Shown: piece by piece, positions 1-50,658 of the stretch
Position numbering within the stretch: position 1 is the stretch's first letter
Layout of the letters: each line of letters starts with the position of its first letter
Source of the DNA: Tubiluchus corallicola
Taxonomy: Eukaryota > Animalia > Priapulida
Assembly (NCBI GenBank): GCA_030141605.1
Contig: JAQGDQ010000601.1
Coordinates: 1-64,000 of the forward strand
Direction of reading: 5' to 3'
Length of the DNA stretch: 64,000 nucleotides
The notes under the pieces: generated by a model
Seen by the model: the letters and a program-made list of their open reading frames with translations, nothing else
Told to the model about the DNA's origin: nothing
Databases searched by the model: none
Translations under genes and position numbers: made by a program

Positions 1-401
1 GTAGTTATAGAATGGCAATAGTATCTATCTTCTATGGCGTTGCCTTACAAACAAAATATACAGTTTAGAAGGTTTGACAACAGTTAGCTTACTTGTCTTG
101 AGTCAATGTTTATTTACAATTGTGTAAAAGATTTTGCGATAAACTTTTGTATAATTAATTTTTAGAAACTTGGAGATCCTTGCATTTCTTTTTTTGATAT
201 AATCGTTTTACATAGTAGTGTTTTATTGTAAAAATGACAGGTTATCCAAGAACTGCACCAATGTTAATTGTGATTGTAATTGTAGATGAAAGCTTCAGCT
301 ATATCTTTGTACTGATACATATTTGCTATCTCTCCACAGACGTTTTGTATGTTGTTGCATAATTGATTTTTAGTTAGTAGAATGAATTCCTTTTTGCTTA
401 G

Positions 402-38305
<37,904 letters not shown>

Positions 38306-41070
38306 CATAGAATAGACGGCATTCCTTGAATGTTTTCTGCCATCGAGAACCAACCTTCTAACAATGCCGTTGTCACCTACTATCTTTTAAGAGCAGAGTA
38401 ATTCTTCATGTTCGTTTGCAGACTTGTACTCAATAACAAGTTTACGAGGTAGACTTGAGGAAGAAGTTCTGGTTGATTGATAACTAGAGGCAGGTAGCAG
38501 TGTAATCTGAAGTCATGCTCACAAGCAAGCTGACGTTGTGAGTCTCTATATGTTTATCGAGTTCGTAATTCCATGACATGGCTAAATGCCATCATTTCAA
38601 CGGCTATTCAGTGTACATAATAAATTATGACGCAGGATTTGTTTAGGATGAAGTTATCGAGTTGTGGTATTGTACTTGCTGCTTTACACAAACGGCGATA
38701 CACGAATCACTAATTTAGTGAAAAAAATCACAGCCAGTGTAGTGTGTTTGGAATTTTTGTACATATAGTGACCAGTCTAATTATATAAATTATTACTTTT
38801 ACATAAATTTTAATTAATTATTAATGTTTGCTTTTTTGTTTCTTAAAACTTATGGGAACGAAAACGTGGAGAAACTAGTCTTCTTTTGCATAGTCATAAT
38901 AATAGTCAGAAATTTTACTATTTATGGTATAACTGTGTTTTGTTGCCTATTCTTACTAGGTCTCTTCGTGATATCTAGTAAGTAAAGAAGTGCTATTGTT
39001 TATATTGACTTTCACTTTTCTTATCAATGGGCGATGTTACCAGAGTTCTCCAATCACTTGCATCATCTACTGAGAGAATGGTTATTAGTATTTAGCTACG
39101 TCTAGAATTACTGTTTTTTGTTAACACTTACAAAATGCTGATGTTTGTTAGGAGACAGTAGCCTGGTTTATTATCAAGGCACATGCCATTGAGTGGCAGC
39201 TATATCTTACTTAGTTATGTCTGGATGGTTATATGTCCTTTATTAACAAGGTAAATTGTCATAATCAGTTGGACAATGGAACTGCCCACTGTGAATAATG
39301 AACCCGTGCAATTGCTGACAGTCTCTGCATGGCTTAACTCTTGTTGCAAAGCACTTGTGCGGGACCACTTCATTGTTTCTCTACCTCAAAATGATCAATT
39401 GTTATCCCCACCCATGGAAAAATTGTTTAAATGTAGCAGTCTTTCAAAGTAAAAATTTAATTATTTATTATAACTAGTACTCATTTTGTATAAATAGCTT
39501 TTTCTATACTAATTGACAATATTACGTTTGAAAAAAGTTAGAAGACTGTCTAGTCATAGGTGTAATGAGTACAATAATTGATGTATGTTAACATTGTATA
39601 TGAGCTTGTTGAATATGTGAAAAGATATTTGGCACATTTATTCAAAAATAAGAATTGTTATGCATATACTTGGAATTTGTAATGTGTTTTCTTAGACCTA
39701 TGCTACAACAGCACATAACAAATAGTTTTAAATAGACAGTTTTAAAAATCTTGGCAAAAGATTTGGTTGTTTTCTTTTGGTTTCTACAATGTTTCACATA
39801 ATTATCATTGCCATGGAAGTGATTAATAATCAATCTGCAGGCAATAACAGTGACGCGTGACTAAAATAATTAAGGCGAATATAGCAGAAAATGCAAATTA
39901 TGGGGCAAGTTGAGAAGAAAGTTTAAAACTGTCGTATCAGTCGTTAGACTCGTTACTCGTTTGTGCTTTACAAGAACTGTTGTTGGCGTGCTTGTTGCTA
40001 CAATAAACCTACACGAATAAAGTTCAAAAATAAAAAAAGCTTGCCACAAAGAACAAGCGTATTGCTGCTTCGTTGAGTTTTCCCGCCGAGTGCTGCTGTC
40101 AAAATTGAAGATTTAGATATAACTCGGTCGGACTCTGATATTGTTCTGTTTTTGAGCAAATTTTAACGAAAGAGGTGCTAGTAGGTCGCTGGTTCGCACT
40201 GGTGATTGCTCGACGAAGTTCAAGAGAGTTTTCTTACATACGGTATAATTCATTAGAAACGTAGAATAATTCTGTTTGCCTGCATTAAGGTGCAGTGTAT
40301 AGTTGGTCATAGATAACAATATGCAATAACTGGCGAATCAAACACTCTTTGGGACGTCTGCACTTCCTCGTGAACCTACTGCCGTGCCGCTGCCTCACTG
40401 TGTTCTGCACCGCCATGTACAATGTGCCGTGTGTCGGTACATAGTGCCTGGTGTGGTACACGGCGATGTGGTATACATTATACAAGGATGTGAACTGTGA
40501 AGCAGGCACGAATGTCGAGTGTAGTGGTTTGTTTAATGCTCCCTAACTGCCTAAGGCTGATAATAAAAATACTTCTGTTTCTGTTTAATCACACTTGACG
40601 CAGTCATACAAAAGCGTATTTTTTTAATTCAAAACATAAACCGCATTAATTATTATAACATTGGGCGTTTGGGGAATGCAAGATGCAACCATGTTTTTCC
40701 ATGGCTAACTCTCAGCCAAGGTTGCCGTTTTGTACGATGCTCATTGTATTGGAGGCTAAAAGCATTGAATTTTCTGCCAAATTGGTGTCTTAACGCCAAG
40801 TTTTGTTCCACTTATACCTTAATTATCAGAACATACACGTTCAAAAAGAGACTATACAATAATTATATGATAATTTAGTAATGCAAAACTAAAAAACAAA
40901 GCTTGAAAAAATGTGCATTGAAGAAATATAAAGCATTACTGCTAACCAGTGGGAAATAAACAAACTTTGATTTCAGTTGATTTTGAATATTCCGCGATTT
41001 AACTTTAAACAAAGCTTTAAACTTTAAAAAAATTTCCTCCCAGCCTACTGACATCTTTGGCAGTCATAAG

Positions 41071-42949
41071 GTGAGACAGAAATAATTTTTTTTTGTGGCT
41101 GGCCTAATATTTAACAATTTGCTGTCTGTTTTCAAGTAAATTTCTACGTTGAAGCTATAAATTTTTTAAATTTGTTTTTCATTTTCAACTGGTTTAAAAT
41201 AATGTTTTGATATGAATTCAAGTTTTGAAACGTTAGCGCCTCAAATTACCACAAGCTAGATTTGCTTACCAATATCTACTGCATAATTTCACTGGCATGG
41301 TTAACGCATTTGCCATTAAATTGTTATCATGTGTATGTTATCTAATGTTGTATTTAGTCATTACTCACTACATGTTTTTAGGGTGTAAGTCTATGCTTTG
41401 TACTCACATTACTGTTTACAAACAAAACTATGTACAATCATATCCCGGTTTACCGCACCTCACTTTTATGGATATCGGAAGAACCAGACAAAAACTAGAC
41501 AGTTAAAAGGTCCTGCATACTACAGACACAGTCCGTTGTTTCGCGAGCTGAGCGCTAGTTGGCGGGCCGTCACTTTGTTTACACCATTACATCAGTGTAA
41601 CCAAGCAGTGTGTAAGCTTGTATATCAGCTTGTTTAGGTGGTTTAATCAGGGTCAAAAATATAGACCCAATTATGTAGAATTATTTGAGTCAATTGCCGG
41701 CAGTTTTTATATACAGTCAACCTTGGATATAAGGGATACCTCCGGACCGTAAAAAACTGTCCCTTATAGCTGACATTGAGTCAGACCAATTGTGTGTCTA
41801 GACCTGTGCTTTTCTGTTCTTTTACCCATATTTTTATCGATTATTTTTACACATTCAGTGCTAATGATATGTAGGAAGCTCCTTCGGTGATGCGAGATGT
41901 ATGTGACCGTGGAAATAGAGTTCGTTTGAAAGCCGAGTTTGCGAAAAATTGAGGTTAAAAATCGATCAATTTTGCTTTGATCATAGGGTCCCATATGCAA
42001 GGTAATTTATCTGGGTTTCTATTATGCGGGACCTAAAGATATCGTCCCTTATAACCGAAAGTCCCTTATATCCGAGCACCTTATATATGAAGGTTTTTAC
42101 ATAGGAAAAACATTACGAAAAATCGGGACTGGTGTTGGTGGTCCCCTGTAAGCGAGTACCTTGTACCCGAGGTTGACTGTACTTTTGCATATGAGCGGCT
42201 CATACTAGACGTTTTTGAGACAATTAGGCGATTGATTTTACATTACCGTGAGTCTAATACATGGCATCTACTGTATTACCTTAGTATTGGCAAATTCGGA
42301 CCAACGTCTCTCCGTTTTTGTCCGGCAAACCGAGCTGTGAGTGTAATTTGGTTCCAGCTATGGGCAGGTTTTTGCTCCACCTTTTGTCGAATGGATATAG
42401 CAACTGCGAGTGATTTTTTTCGTCTGCAGCACCAGCTTCTGTATGCTGATTTTCAATTTGGTCCTACAGACTGCATTTGCAACTTCCATGTTAATGCTTA
42501 GTAGGGTTGCCGTTTTTTGCAATGCGGGTTATCGTGTTGGAGGCTAAAGTATTACTGTATTTTTTGCCAAAACCAAAAATTATTGCATATTGCAGTATAA
42601 CATTCTGAATGTTTCAATGTACATTTTTTTCACACTTGTTTTTTGTTCTTATTACTAAATTATTGTGTGAAATCTTATCGATTATTGTACAGTCTCTTTT
42701 GTACGGTATTATGATAATATATGTTTTGATAGTAATTGTATAAACGGCAACACTGATGCTTAGAGTTGCAACTTTGAAATACAATTTTTGTGATACCACT
42801 ATTACTATTGCTAATTAGATATATTATTGCATATGGTTAGATGCTATGCGGTGCTTTCGGTGCAAATTTTCTAGCCGTATTTTTTCACGAAACTTTGTTA
42901 GGGTCTTAAACATTAAATGTGTCTTTACTATCTCGTTTGAATTTTCTAG
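41071..42949 (+). other. Probable 5'-UTR intron of CTP synthase
   Basis: Strong donor aag|gtgaga at 41071; acceptor ttttctag| at 42949, 79 nt before the ATG; pairing is inferred. Confidence 0.45.
41714..42179. mobile_element. pogo/Tigger-like MITE nested in an older repeat
   Basis: TIR cagtcaacct.gg.ta.aagg, TA TSD; empty site visible in the copy at ~735-755. Confidence 0.9.
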
Positions 42950-43027
42950 CTGGTGCATCTGCGGTCGCTCAGTGCTTCTTCTGTGAACTATTTCAAATAG
43001 CATTCTATCTTGAATTCTGGGTTGAAA

Positions 43028-44914
43028 ATGTCTCGGTCAGTCGCAATACGTGAGCAGTCAAGTCTGAAATATATCTTGGTTAGTGGTGGTGTTATTAGTG
43101 GAATTGGAAAGGGAATTATTGCTAGTAGCATCGGCACCATATTAAAATCGTGTGGAGTTCGTGTTACGTCGATAAAAATTGACCCATATATAAATATTGA
43201 TGCTGGTACATTTTCACCGTATGAACATGGAGAAGTTTATGTACTGGATGATGGAGGTGAAGTGGATTTGGACCTTGGTAATTATGAACGCTTTCTCGAT
43301 ATAACGCTACACAAGGATAACAATATTACCACTGGCAAAATATATCAGCATGTTATAAACAGAGAAAGGAAGGGTGACTATTTAGGTAAAACTGTGCAGG
43401 TTGTGCCGCATATCACTGATGCTGTACAGGAATGGGTTGAAAGAGTAGCCCGAATTCCAGTTGACGATTCTAATGAGGAACCAGAAGTTTGCATCATTGA
43501 ACTTGGTGGAACAATAGGTGACATAGAAGGAATGGCGTTTGTTGAAGCATTTAGGCAATTTCAGTTTCGTGTTAAGAAAGAAAACTTTTGTGTCGTTCAT
43601 GTTAGCCTGGTGCCACAGCCAAAAGCTACTGGGGAGCATAAAACAAAGCCAACTCAGTCTAGCATCCGAGAATTGCGAGGACTTGGATTGTCACCAGATC
43701 TGATTGTCTGTCGCAGTGGCTCCCCTATTGAAACAAGCGTTAAAGAAAAAATTGCTTATTTTTGCCATGTGCCTAGTGATCAAGTCATATGTGTTCCCGA
43801 TTTATCATCCATATACAGAGTCCCGTTGTTCTTGCAAAATCAAGGTGTCATTGAATATTTTCGCAACAGGCTGCAGCTTACCTTTGGTGCGAGGCCTAAG
43901 AAACTTCTTAGCAAGTGGAAGGAATTGGCTGATAGATGTGAAAAACTAAAGGATTCCGTAACCATTGCATTAGTTGGAAAATACACTCAACTTGAAGATT
44001 CTTATACGTCGGTAATAAAAGCTTTGAGACACGCTTCTTTAGCATGCAAGCGTAAACTAGATGTGCGATTCATCGAAGCTGACGATTTGGAGCACAGTAC
44101 TTTAAAGAGCAATCCAGTAAAATACCACGAGGCATGGCAACAATTGTGTGGCAGCAATGGTGTAATTGTGCCTGGCGGATTTGGACCTAGAGGCACAGAA
44201 GGTAAAATTGCTGCTGCTCAGTGGGCCCGAGAAAGCACGAAACCGTACCTCGGAGTATGTTTAGGTCTGCAGTGTTCCGTGATTGAATTCGCCAGGAATG
44301 TTCTGCAGTGGGAGGATGCTCATTCAGCTGAGTTTGATCCTGAGACAACACATCCTGTTGTGATCGAAATGCCCGAACATAATCCTGGACAAATGGGTGG
44401 CACAATGAGACTTGGTCAGAGGAGGACAATCTTCAAAAAAACCGAATCAGTTCTTCGAAAGCTGTATGGTGATGGTGACTACGTCGAAGAGAGGCATCGG
44501 CACAGATACGAAGTTAATCCGATGTTTGTGGAACATTTCGAAAATGCAGGATTGAGATTTTGCGGTCAAGACATAGATGGTGAAAGAATGGAGATTGCTG
44601 AGCTGGATAACCATCCATACTATGTTGGTGTACAGTATCACCCTGAATATACTTCACGCCCAATGCGCCCCTCTCAGCCGTATCTGGGCCTCATTCTTGC
44701 CTCCATAGGAAAACTTCAGACGTATCTTCATGCTGGCTGTCGTGGATCACCGAAGAGTGATTTGAAGAGTGAAGATGAGAGCTCAGGAGATGAGGAAATT
44801 GTGGCACTCAGCAGAAGAATGCCGGCGTTTAGAAATTCTTTTCGGAATATTGCCTCGTGTCCTGACATTACGCGCCTGAAGCCTATAGATACTGATGACA
44901 GTGAACATTCATAA
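43028..44914 (+). CDS. CTPS1: CTP synthase (glutamine-hydrolysing), intronless CDS
   Basis: [43 protein letters not shown] (catalytic Cys), [13 protein letters not shown]; first ATG is 43028 (the ORF track starts at a TTG). Confidence 0.97.
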   Translation: MSRSVAIREQSSLKYILVSGGVISGIGKGIIASSIGTILKSCGVRVTSIKIDPYINIDAGTFSPYEHGEVYVLDDGGEVDLDLGNYERFLDITLHKDNNITTGKIYQHVINRERKGDYLGKTVQVVPHITDAVQEWVERVARIPVDDSNEEPEVCIIELGGTIGDIEGMAFVEAFRQFQFRVKKENFCVVHVSLVPQPKATGEHKTKPTQSSIRELRGLGLSPDLIVCRSGSPIETSVKEKIAYFCHVPSDQVICVPDLSSIYRVPLFLQNQGVIEYFRNRLQLTFGARPKKLLSKWKELADRCEKLKDSVTIALVGKYTQLEDSYTSVIKALRHASLACKRKLDVRFIEADDLEHSTLKSNPVKYHEAWQQLCGSNGVIVPGGFGPRGTEGKIAAAQWARESTKPYLGVCLGLQCSVIEFARNVLQWEDAHSAEFDPETTHPVVIEMPEHNPGQMGGTMRLGQRRTIFKKTESVLRKLYGDGDYVEERHRHRYEVNPMFVEHFENAGLRFCGQDIDGERMEIAELDNHPYYVGVQYHPEYTSRPMRPSQPYLGLILASIGKLQTYLHAGCRGSPKSDLKSEDESSGDEEIVALSRRMPAFRNSFRNIASCPDITRLKPIDTDDSEHS

Positions 44915-47900
44915 GTTGTAGTTAAATTTTTCTTCATAATTGAACTTAACTTTATCTCATAAGGAATTAATTTAAAGCAGTGTAGTATTGCTTGAAAGGT
45001 TTCTTTTGTTTTCTTGTTTCTTACGATGTACAGATCTTGTCGTAGGAACTTTTAAATTTAATTGCCAGATTACTGTCATATCTTGGTAATCCGGCTCAGC
45101 TTGTAACAAAACACTCGGTAGTACATGTACAATGATTTTGTGTTTCTGCCAAGGTTATAATAAATCCTATGTAGTCACATATGGTTTCTCCAAAACCCCG
45201 TTTTATACAATGATTTTTCAGTCCCGTCAATACGAGTTTAATATAAAGAAACACTTGTAATAAGACTTCTGCTGCCGCTCACCCTGTCTAGAAACTCTTT
45301 ACCTGTTGCAAATGGTGACCATAGCTCAGTTGATTTTGTTTTACAAATCGTTACACCTCAGTATCATAGCTAGGCCTACTGTTGATTTAATCAGTCAGCT
45401 GCATGTGCATTTAAATGCCTTCAGTCAAATGATTAATTTCAGGAAAGCCTTCCGCTTCCCACTCTGATAGCAATTTGCCATTATAGTTTAAATCACATAA
45501 GTTTGCTAATGCCGGCTGCTTACAGGTATCTAAGTATACATAGGAATGCAGCAAGTCACATACTGCAGACTCTGTAGCACTGCTAACTTTCTTGCTTGGG
45601 GTTTGCTCCTAGATTGACTAGTAGCGTTTTGATGTAATTTATAATTGTACTTGTGGTTAAACAAACTTAATTTAATTAACTAATTTAATTGTGTCAGTTA
45701 ATTGCTATTTCACATTTAAAAATAACATATTTGGAGTTAATAAAAATATACACATAATGTATAGTATGAAACATGCTTAATACGGAAAAATATTTTGGTC
45801 CTGTGAAAATCATATTATCGGAGTTCGATTGTAATTATAATTGGCAAGATTGTATTTATTATCAGGAATGTTAATGATGTTAAGAGATGGTTGCATTCAC
45901 GTAAGTGAATAAATTTACTTGAATTTCACTTTATTTAAGTGGAAATCTAGTAACAGTCTCATCTATATTAAGCTTTTAATTTAAGTGCTAATTTATGCTT
46001 TCGTTTTTGCAGTTATTATAATATTTCTGACTAGAGAGGTATTAGGATTGAACTCATGCTTTATTATAGTATTTATTTAATTTAACCAAGTGCTGTTAGC
46101 ACTTCTTTGACAGCTCTTTAACAGTAACATTTGTTTACAATTTTCTATAATATGTACAAGTGTTAAAAAGTAACGTGTGGAGTGCAGGGTTTTCCCACTA
46201 AATGTGCTATACAAATGGTTGATTTTCAGGGAAAATGTTGTTCTGTGCCGTGTACGCTGCCCGAAAGCGTGTCGCTATTCATTTTACTTCGAAAACAGGT
46301 GCACAATCACTCATTGTTCAATAATTTGTCGAATTGTAAGTTAAAATTAATAAATTAATTAATTAATAATGATGTATAATGATGTATAACATGTCATTAT
46401 GTTCTTTTTGGGGTTGTGATATGATGCAGGGTTCTGGAAAGAGGTCGCCGTCAATAAAAGGTTGGGAACCACTGAGTTAGCTGATGTATACAACTCATAC
46501 TTGTTTTTTATTATACAGTATCTACTTTTATCAGGGGTGGATACAGGTTTTAGAACAACGGTGTAAACTCCCCCAGCTGCGCCCAGGGTGGAGAATTTTA
46601 CTGTATTTTACACCACTTTTCTGCCTTCTAGAAGCCATTTCCTCAAGGAAGTTCACTAATATACATAATAGTTTACTAATATATAGTTTACAGACTAATA
46701 TATTGGTATACAGTGTATAAAATGTACATAACCTTCATGCGTTTTGAAAAGTAAAACCCTTGTGATATATGATTTCTATAGATATGAGGCAGTGTTAGGA
46801 CTTAGCAAATTATTCTAATGTTTCTAATTCAGAGAAAGTATTAATTTTCTGTGTTGTGGGCCGGCCCCATAGGCCCACCCTCTAAATCTGCCATTGTTTA
46901 TAACCAGGCACTTACTATTTGCACATGTAAGTTCATTCAGGAGCTGGTTTACTAAATCATTAACTTACAATTAATATTTCATCTTCCAACTTTCATAGCT
47001 GGAAGTTGTTGACCCCTGCAAACAGATGCAGTTTCACTGCAACAAGGCAGCTTTCTCTCCATCTTGTTACATCACAAACTATATGATAGATGATCTCTAA
47101 ACTCATCTGTTGTAATAGATTCAATTATCAATCTCATTATCATAATGCTAGACAACTGCCAGTCAAAACTATGTGTCAGCTTTGAGGAATTATGTGCCAT
47201 ATGTTACATATATTGCCACTTAATGACCACACAGGGTGATGACTCCTAGCCAGAATGTCTAATTATTTTGGTGTCAACCTGCGCCTGGCTCGGGTGTGTA
47301 AATAATTATAGAAGTGAAATCGATTTCCAAGCTGTTTTAGATGCAATTTCTCAGAATTTTCTAAAGTTTGGTAAATCAGTCATACAGTATAACTAGACAA
47401 TTTGGTAGTGGAATAATATGGAGTTAGTAATTACATATAACTGTAAATCATTATATGCTCAACATATTTAATGACATATATGTAAACGATTATTATCTAT
47501 ACATGCTGAATTTCTGAAAGAAACGCATCTTCAGCCGTTATTAAATGTGATCTACTTTTGGTGGATGAGCATCTTGCAGACTGGAAGGTGCAATAATTAT
47601 AGCAATAGCAAATTTTGCGTTTTATAACCGAGTGCTGTAGAAAGTGATTTAGAATGTAAAAAAAAACTGCCTCTGTATGGTGAAGTAACAAAATTGTGGA
47701 ACAAAAATTTAATGGATTATGTGGGTGAAAAGTTCACATGTCGATAAAACGTCTTCCAACATTCTTCGTATGCCGCTGTCTACTACTGTAAGTGTGCTTT
47801 ACTCTGTGCCTTGCATACAAAATTAATTAGTAACTCAAATTATTCATGACAAGTAATAGTCTGTTGTGCCTAATTAACTTTCGCCTGCACTGATTAACTC

Positions 47901-47957
47901 TTTAATGCATTGCACCGTTTATCAAATGAAAATGAAGATTGCTAGTGCATTATTAAG

Positions 47958-49835
47958 ATGGATGTGAATCCGGTTGTTTTATATTTTGTCTTTGGTGTTG
48001 CTGTCGTGGCTTATGTGTTTCCCAGTGAACCAAGACAACCAGGTTGTTATTGGTTTGGTTCAGAAAGAGATGTTTGGAGTTCATACTGTGACAGTGAGGA
48101 GCAGTTGGAACATTTTGACACTGCCCAGGTGCCATCTGATATCAAATATCTCTTGATGACTGGCAACGATGTGGCAGTTTTGCGCCGAGAAACATTTTAT
48201 TCGAAAGAATTTCCTTCATTGGAAGAGCTTACATTAAAAAACAACACTATTCAAGCCATAGAGAGCCACACTTTTGCCAATTTGACTAATCTACAAGTGT
48301 TAGATTTATCTTACAATAAACTTTATTATTTAATGCCCCACATCTTTACAGATCCAATCAAGACAAAAAGTGGTCTGCAGAATTTGCGAAAGCTGTTACT
48401 AAATGATAATAATATTGAGCACATTCGCCCAACAACGTTTGATGCTTTTCCTTATCTGGAAACATTGGATTTGTCAAATAACAAGATCGTCAATCTTCCT
48501 CTAGATTTATTTACTGGAAAGAGTCCGATAATTCAGCTCTTCATTGCCAATAATCGCATAAATTTTGTCCCCGAGTCGATATTTTCTGCCACGCCAGAAA
48601 TGCGGGTCTTGGATTTGAGTAAGAACCCTCTAAAGGATGGCATCCAGAGCTGCAAAGACACTTGTAAATCTGTCAAGAGCCTGTCTCTTGCATCCACTGG
48701 CATTACCAAAGTACCTCTTATGCCCAGTTTAGAAGTCCTGGACATATCAAATACAGAAATAAAGTTCTTAGATCTAAACATTCTATCACAGATGAACCTT
48801 CACAGGATTAACATAAGTGAACTTGACGTGGAGTGTGACTGTATTACTCTCACCTGGCTCAGCGAAATGGCTGATAAGATGGACATTAATATGCGACAGT
48901 CGCAATGCCTGCCAGAGCTCGGTGCCTTGACCTTAATGATGGAAGTTAGAATGGATATGCCTTGTGACATTGGTCATATAGATCCACCTGTTACAGAAGA
49001 AATGTTTAATAAAGACCTGGTGGAACCAGTGGTTTCTGAGGGTGTTAAAAGCAAAGATGTTGGATTAACGGTTAATACTGCAGAAATAGAATATAAGCAT
49101 GGTGATGATGGCATTGTAAATATTGACAAAAACATGAATGGTAGAATGTCAACTGATGGCACAGTAATGAAGAAAGACATAGAGGACAACAATGTGGCAG
49201 GTGAATCGCAACACAAATCGACCGAGCTAGATTTCGATATCGATGAAAATGAACAGCCTGCAACGGTGGAAGATGGTATCATTAGTAAAGAGATTGCTGA
49301 GAAACAACAAGCTGAAATTACTTGTGTTATGTACCTCATGGGTATTTGCGTTGACCCCGAAAAGCTGACTTATATCCTTACCGGATCTGCTTGCATCATT
49401 GCCATTCTTTTTCTCTCCATGGTAGCTGGAGTACGGACCTGCCGCAGGAAGAATATCAAGTTCTACCCAGCACGACGAAGACCACGGAAACGCACCATTG
49501 ATGTCCATGTTATCAACCAGCCTGGTGATATCACCATGGCGATGCGAAAGTATGCACCACACTTTTCTTGGTTACGCACTAGCTATGGAGGCAGGATGAG
49601 CAGAAGCTTAAACAATTTTGAAACAGATGATGAGACAGAAGGAGAATATGGGACGACAACTGCGTCCATAGTGCCAGTTACATCAAGCAATAGTTTAGGT
49701 AAAATGAAGGAAAGAAATCAACCATCGCAGAGTTCTGTTGCTTCTATGAACTGGCAAAGAAGTGTCAGCTTCAAAGATCAAGACATTATAGAACGGATGG
49801 AATCGAATGACACATACGAACTTGACTCTGATTAG
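47958..49835 (+). CDS. Single-exon LRR type-I transmembrane protein (signal peptide, LRRNT, ~10 LRR, LRRCT, acidic stalk, TM, Ser/Thr-rich tail)
   Basis: LxxLxLxxN repeats, VECDC..L.WL cap, TM ILTGSACIIAILFLSMVAGV followed by basic residues. Confidence 0.92.
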   Translation: MDVNPVVLYFVFGVAVVAYVFPSEPRQPGCYWFGSERDVWSSYCDSEEQLEHFDTAQVPSDIKYLLMTGNDVAVLRRETFYSKEFPSLEELTLKNNTIQAIESHTFANLTNLQVLDLSYNKLYYLMPHIFTDPIKTKSGLQNLRKLLLNDNNIEHIRPTTFDAFPYLETLDLSNNKIVNLPLDLFTGKSPIIQLFIANNRINFVPESIFSATPEMRVLDLSKNPLKDGIQSCKDTCKSVKSLSLASTGITKVPLMPSLEVLDISNTEIKFLDLNILSQMNLHRINISELDVECDCITLTWLSEMADKMDINMRQSQCLPELGALTLMMEVRMDMPCDIGHIDPPVTEEMFNKDLVEPVVSEGVKSKDVGLTVNTAEIEYKHGDDGIVNIDKNMNGRMSTDGTVMKKDIEDNNVAGESQHKSTELDFDIDENEQPATVEDGIISKEIAEKQQAEITCVMYLMGICVDPEKLTYILTGSACIIAILFLSMVAGVRTCRRKNIKFYPARRRPRKRTIDVHVINQPGDITMAMRKYAPHFSWLRTSYGGRMSRSLNNFETDDETEGEYGTTTASIVPVTSSNSLGKMKERNQPSQSSVASMNWQRSVSFKDQDIIERMESNDTYELDSD

Positions 49836-50658
49836 AAAGGTCAGAGCGACTATAATCCTGAGTCTGATTTGAGTAAATGTTCGATGTGTATTTGCTTGTT
49901 ATACAAAGCATGTTTTTTAATTATATAAATTTTAGTACAATTTTATGGAAATTCAAATATTAGAGAATTTGTAATATTACACATAGTTACAAGTGCATTC
50001 TGTACATACTACCATATATGTGTGTATGAAACAGAACAGTTTGTGCAAAAACTATAGAGTATAAATTGCATAATATTAGTGATTTTACAGACATGTTTTT
50101 GATAGACAGTGTTATTCTTTAAAGTTCATTTTAATGCTCCCTACTGTTTGTTTGCTTACAAAAGTAACAGGTATTAACTCACGGAGAAAAATGGCACATT
50201 TGTGTGTCAAATTGTGTTAGAAATTAATAGTAATGAAGTGACAAGAAAACAGGTAAAAATTACAAGTCATGACTTACAGTTGTTTATTTGGTTGGTATTG
50301 ATATTATGTCATCAACCTGATCAACATTATTTCCATAATGGATAACATAAAAGCTTTTGTAAAAGAGTACTGGGCTAGCCATCAATTAAGTTTTTCAGTT
50401 GTGTGGATACACGCTCTGCAAACATGTGCAATAGATTACAGTACATTACTTGAGCAAACAAGTAATCTTGAACAAATTACACGTTCTATACAAACACACA
50501 TAAAACATGACAAGGCATGTTACAACTGAGAAATATACGTGCAGGTTGCAGTATTCAAGACTGAAGAATGGTGCATATCTGAAGATGAACTTCAGTGAAT
50601 GATCTTGAATTTGGTAAGACACTTGAGACTATGCGAGTTGAAGTAGATAACATCTAGA

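Noticed and set aside
40520-40560. Telomerase-RNA template-like ccctaac
   Set aside because: Only 7 nt, not 1.5 repeats, and no supporting structure seen
43010-43027. ORF-track start of CTP synthase
   Set aside because: TTG codon; the eukaryotic start is more plausibly ATG 43028
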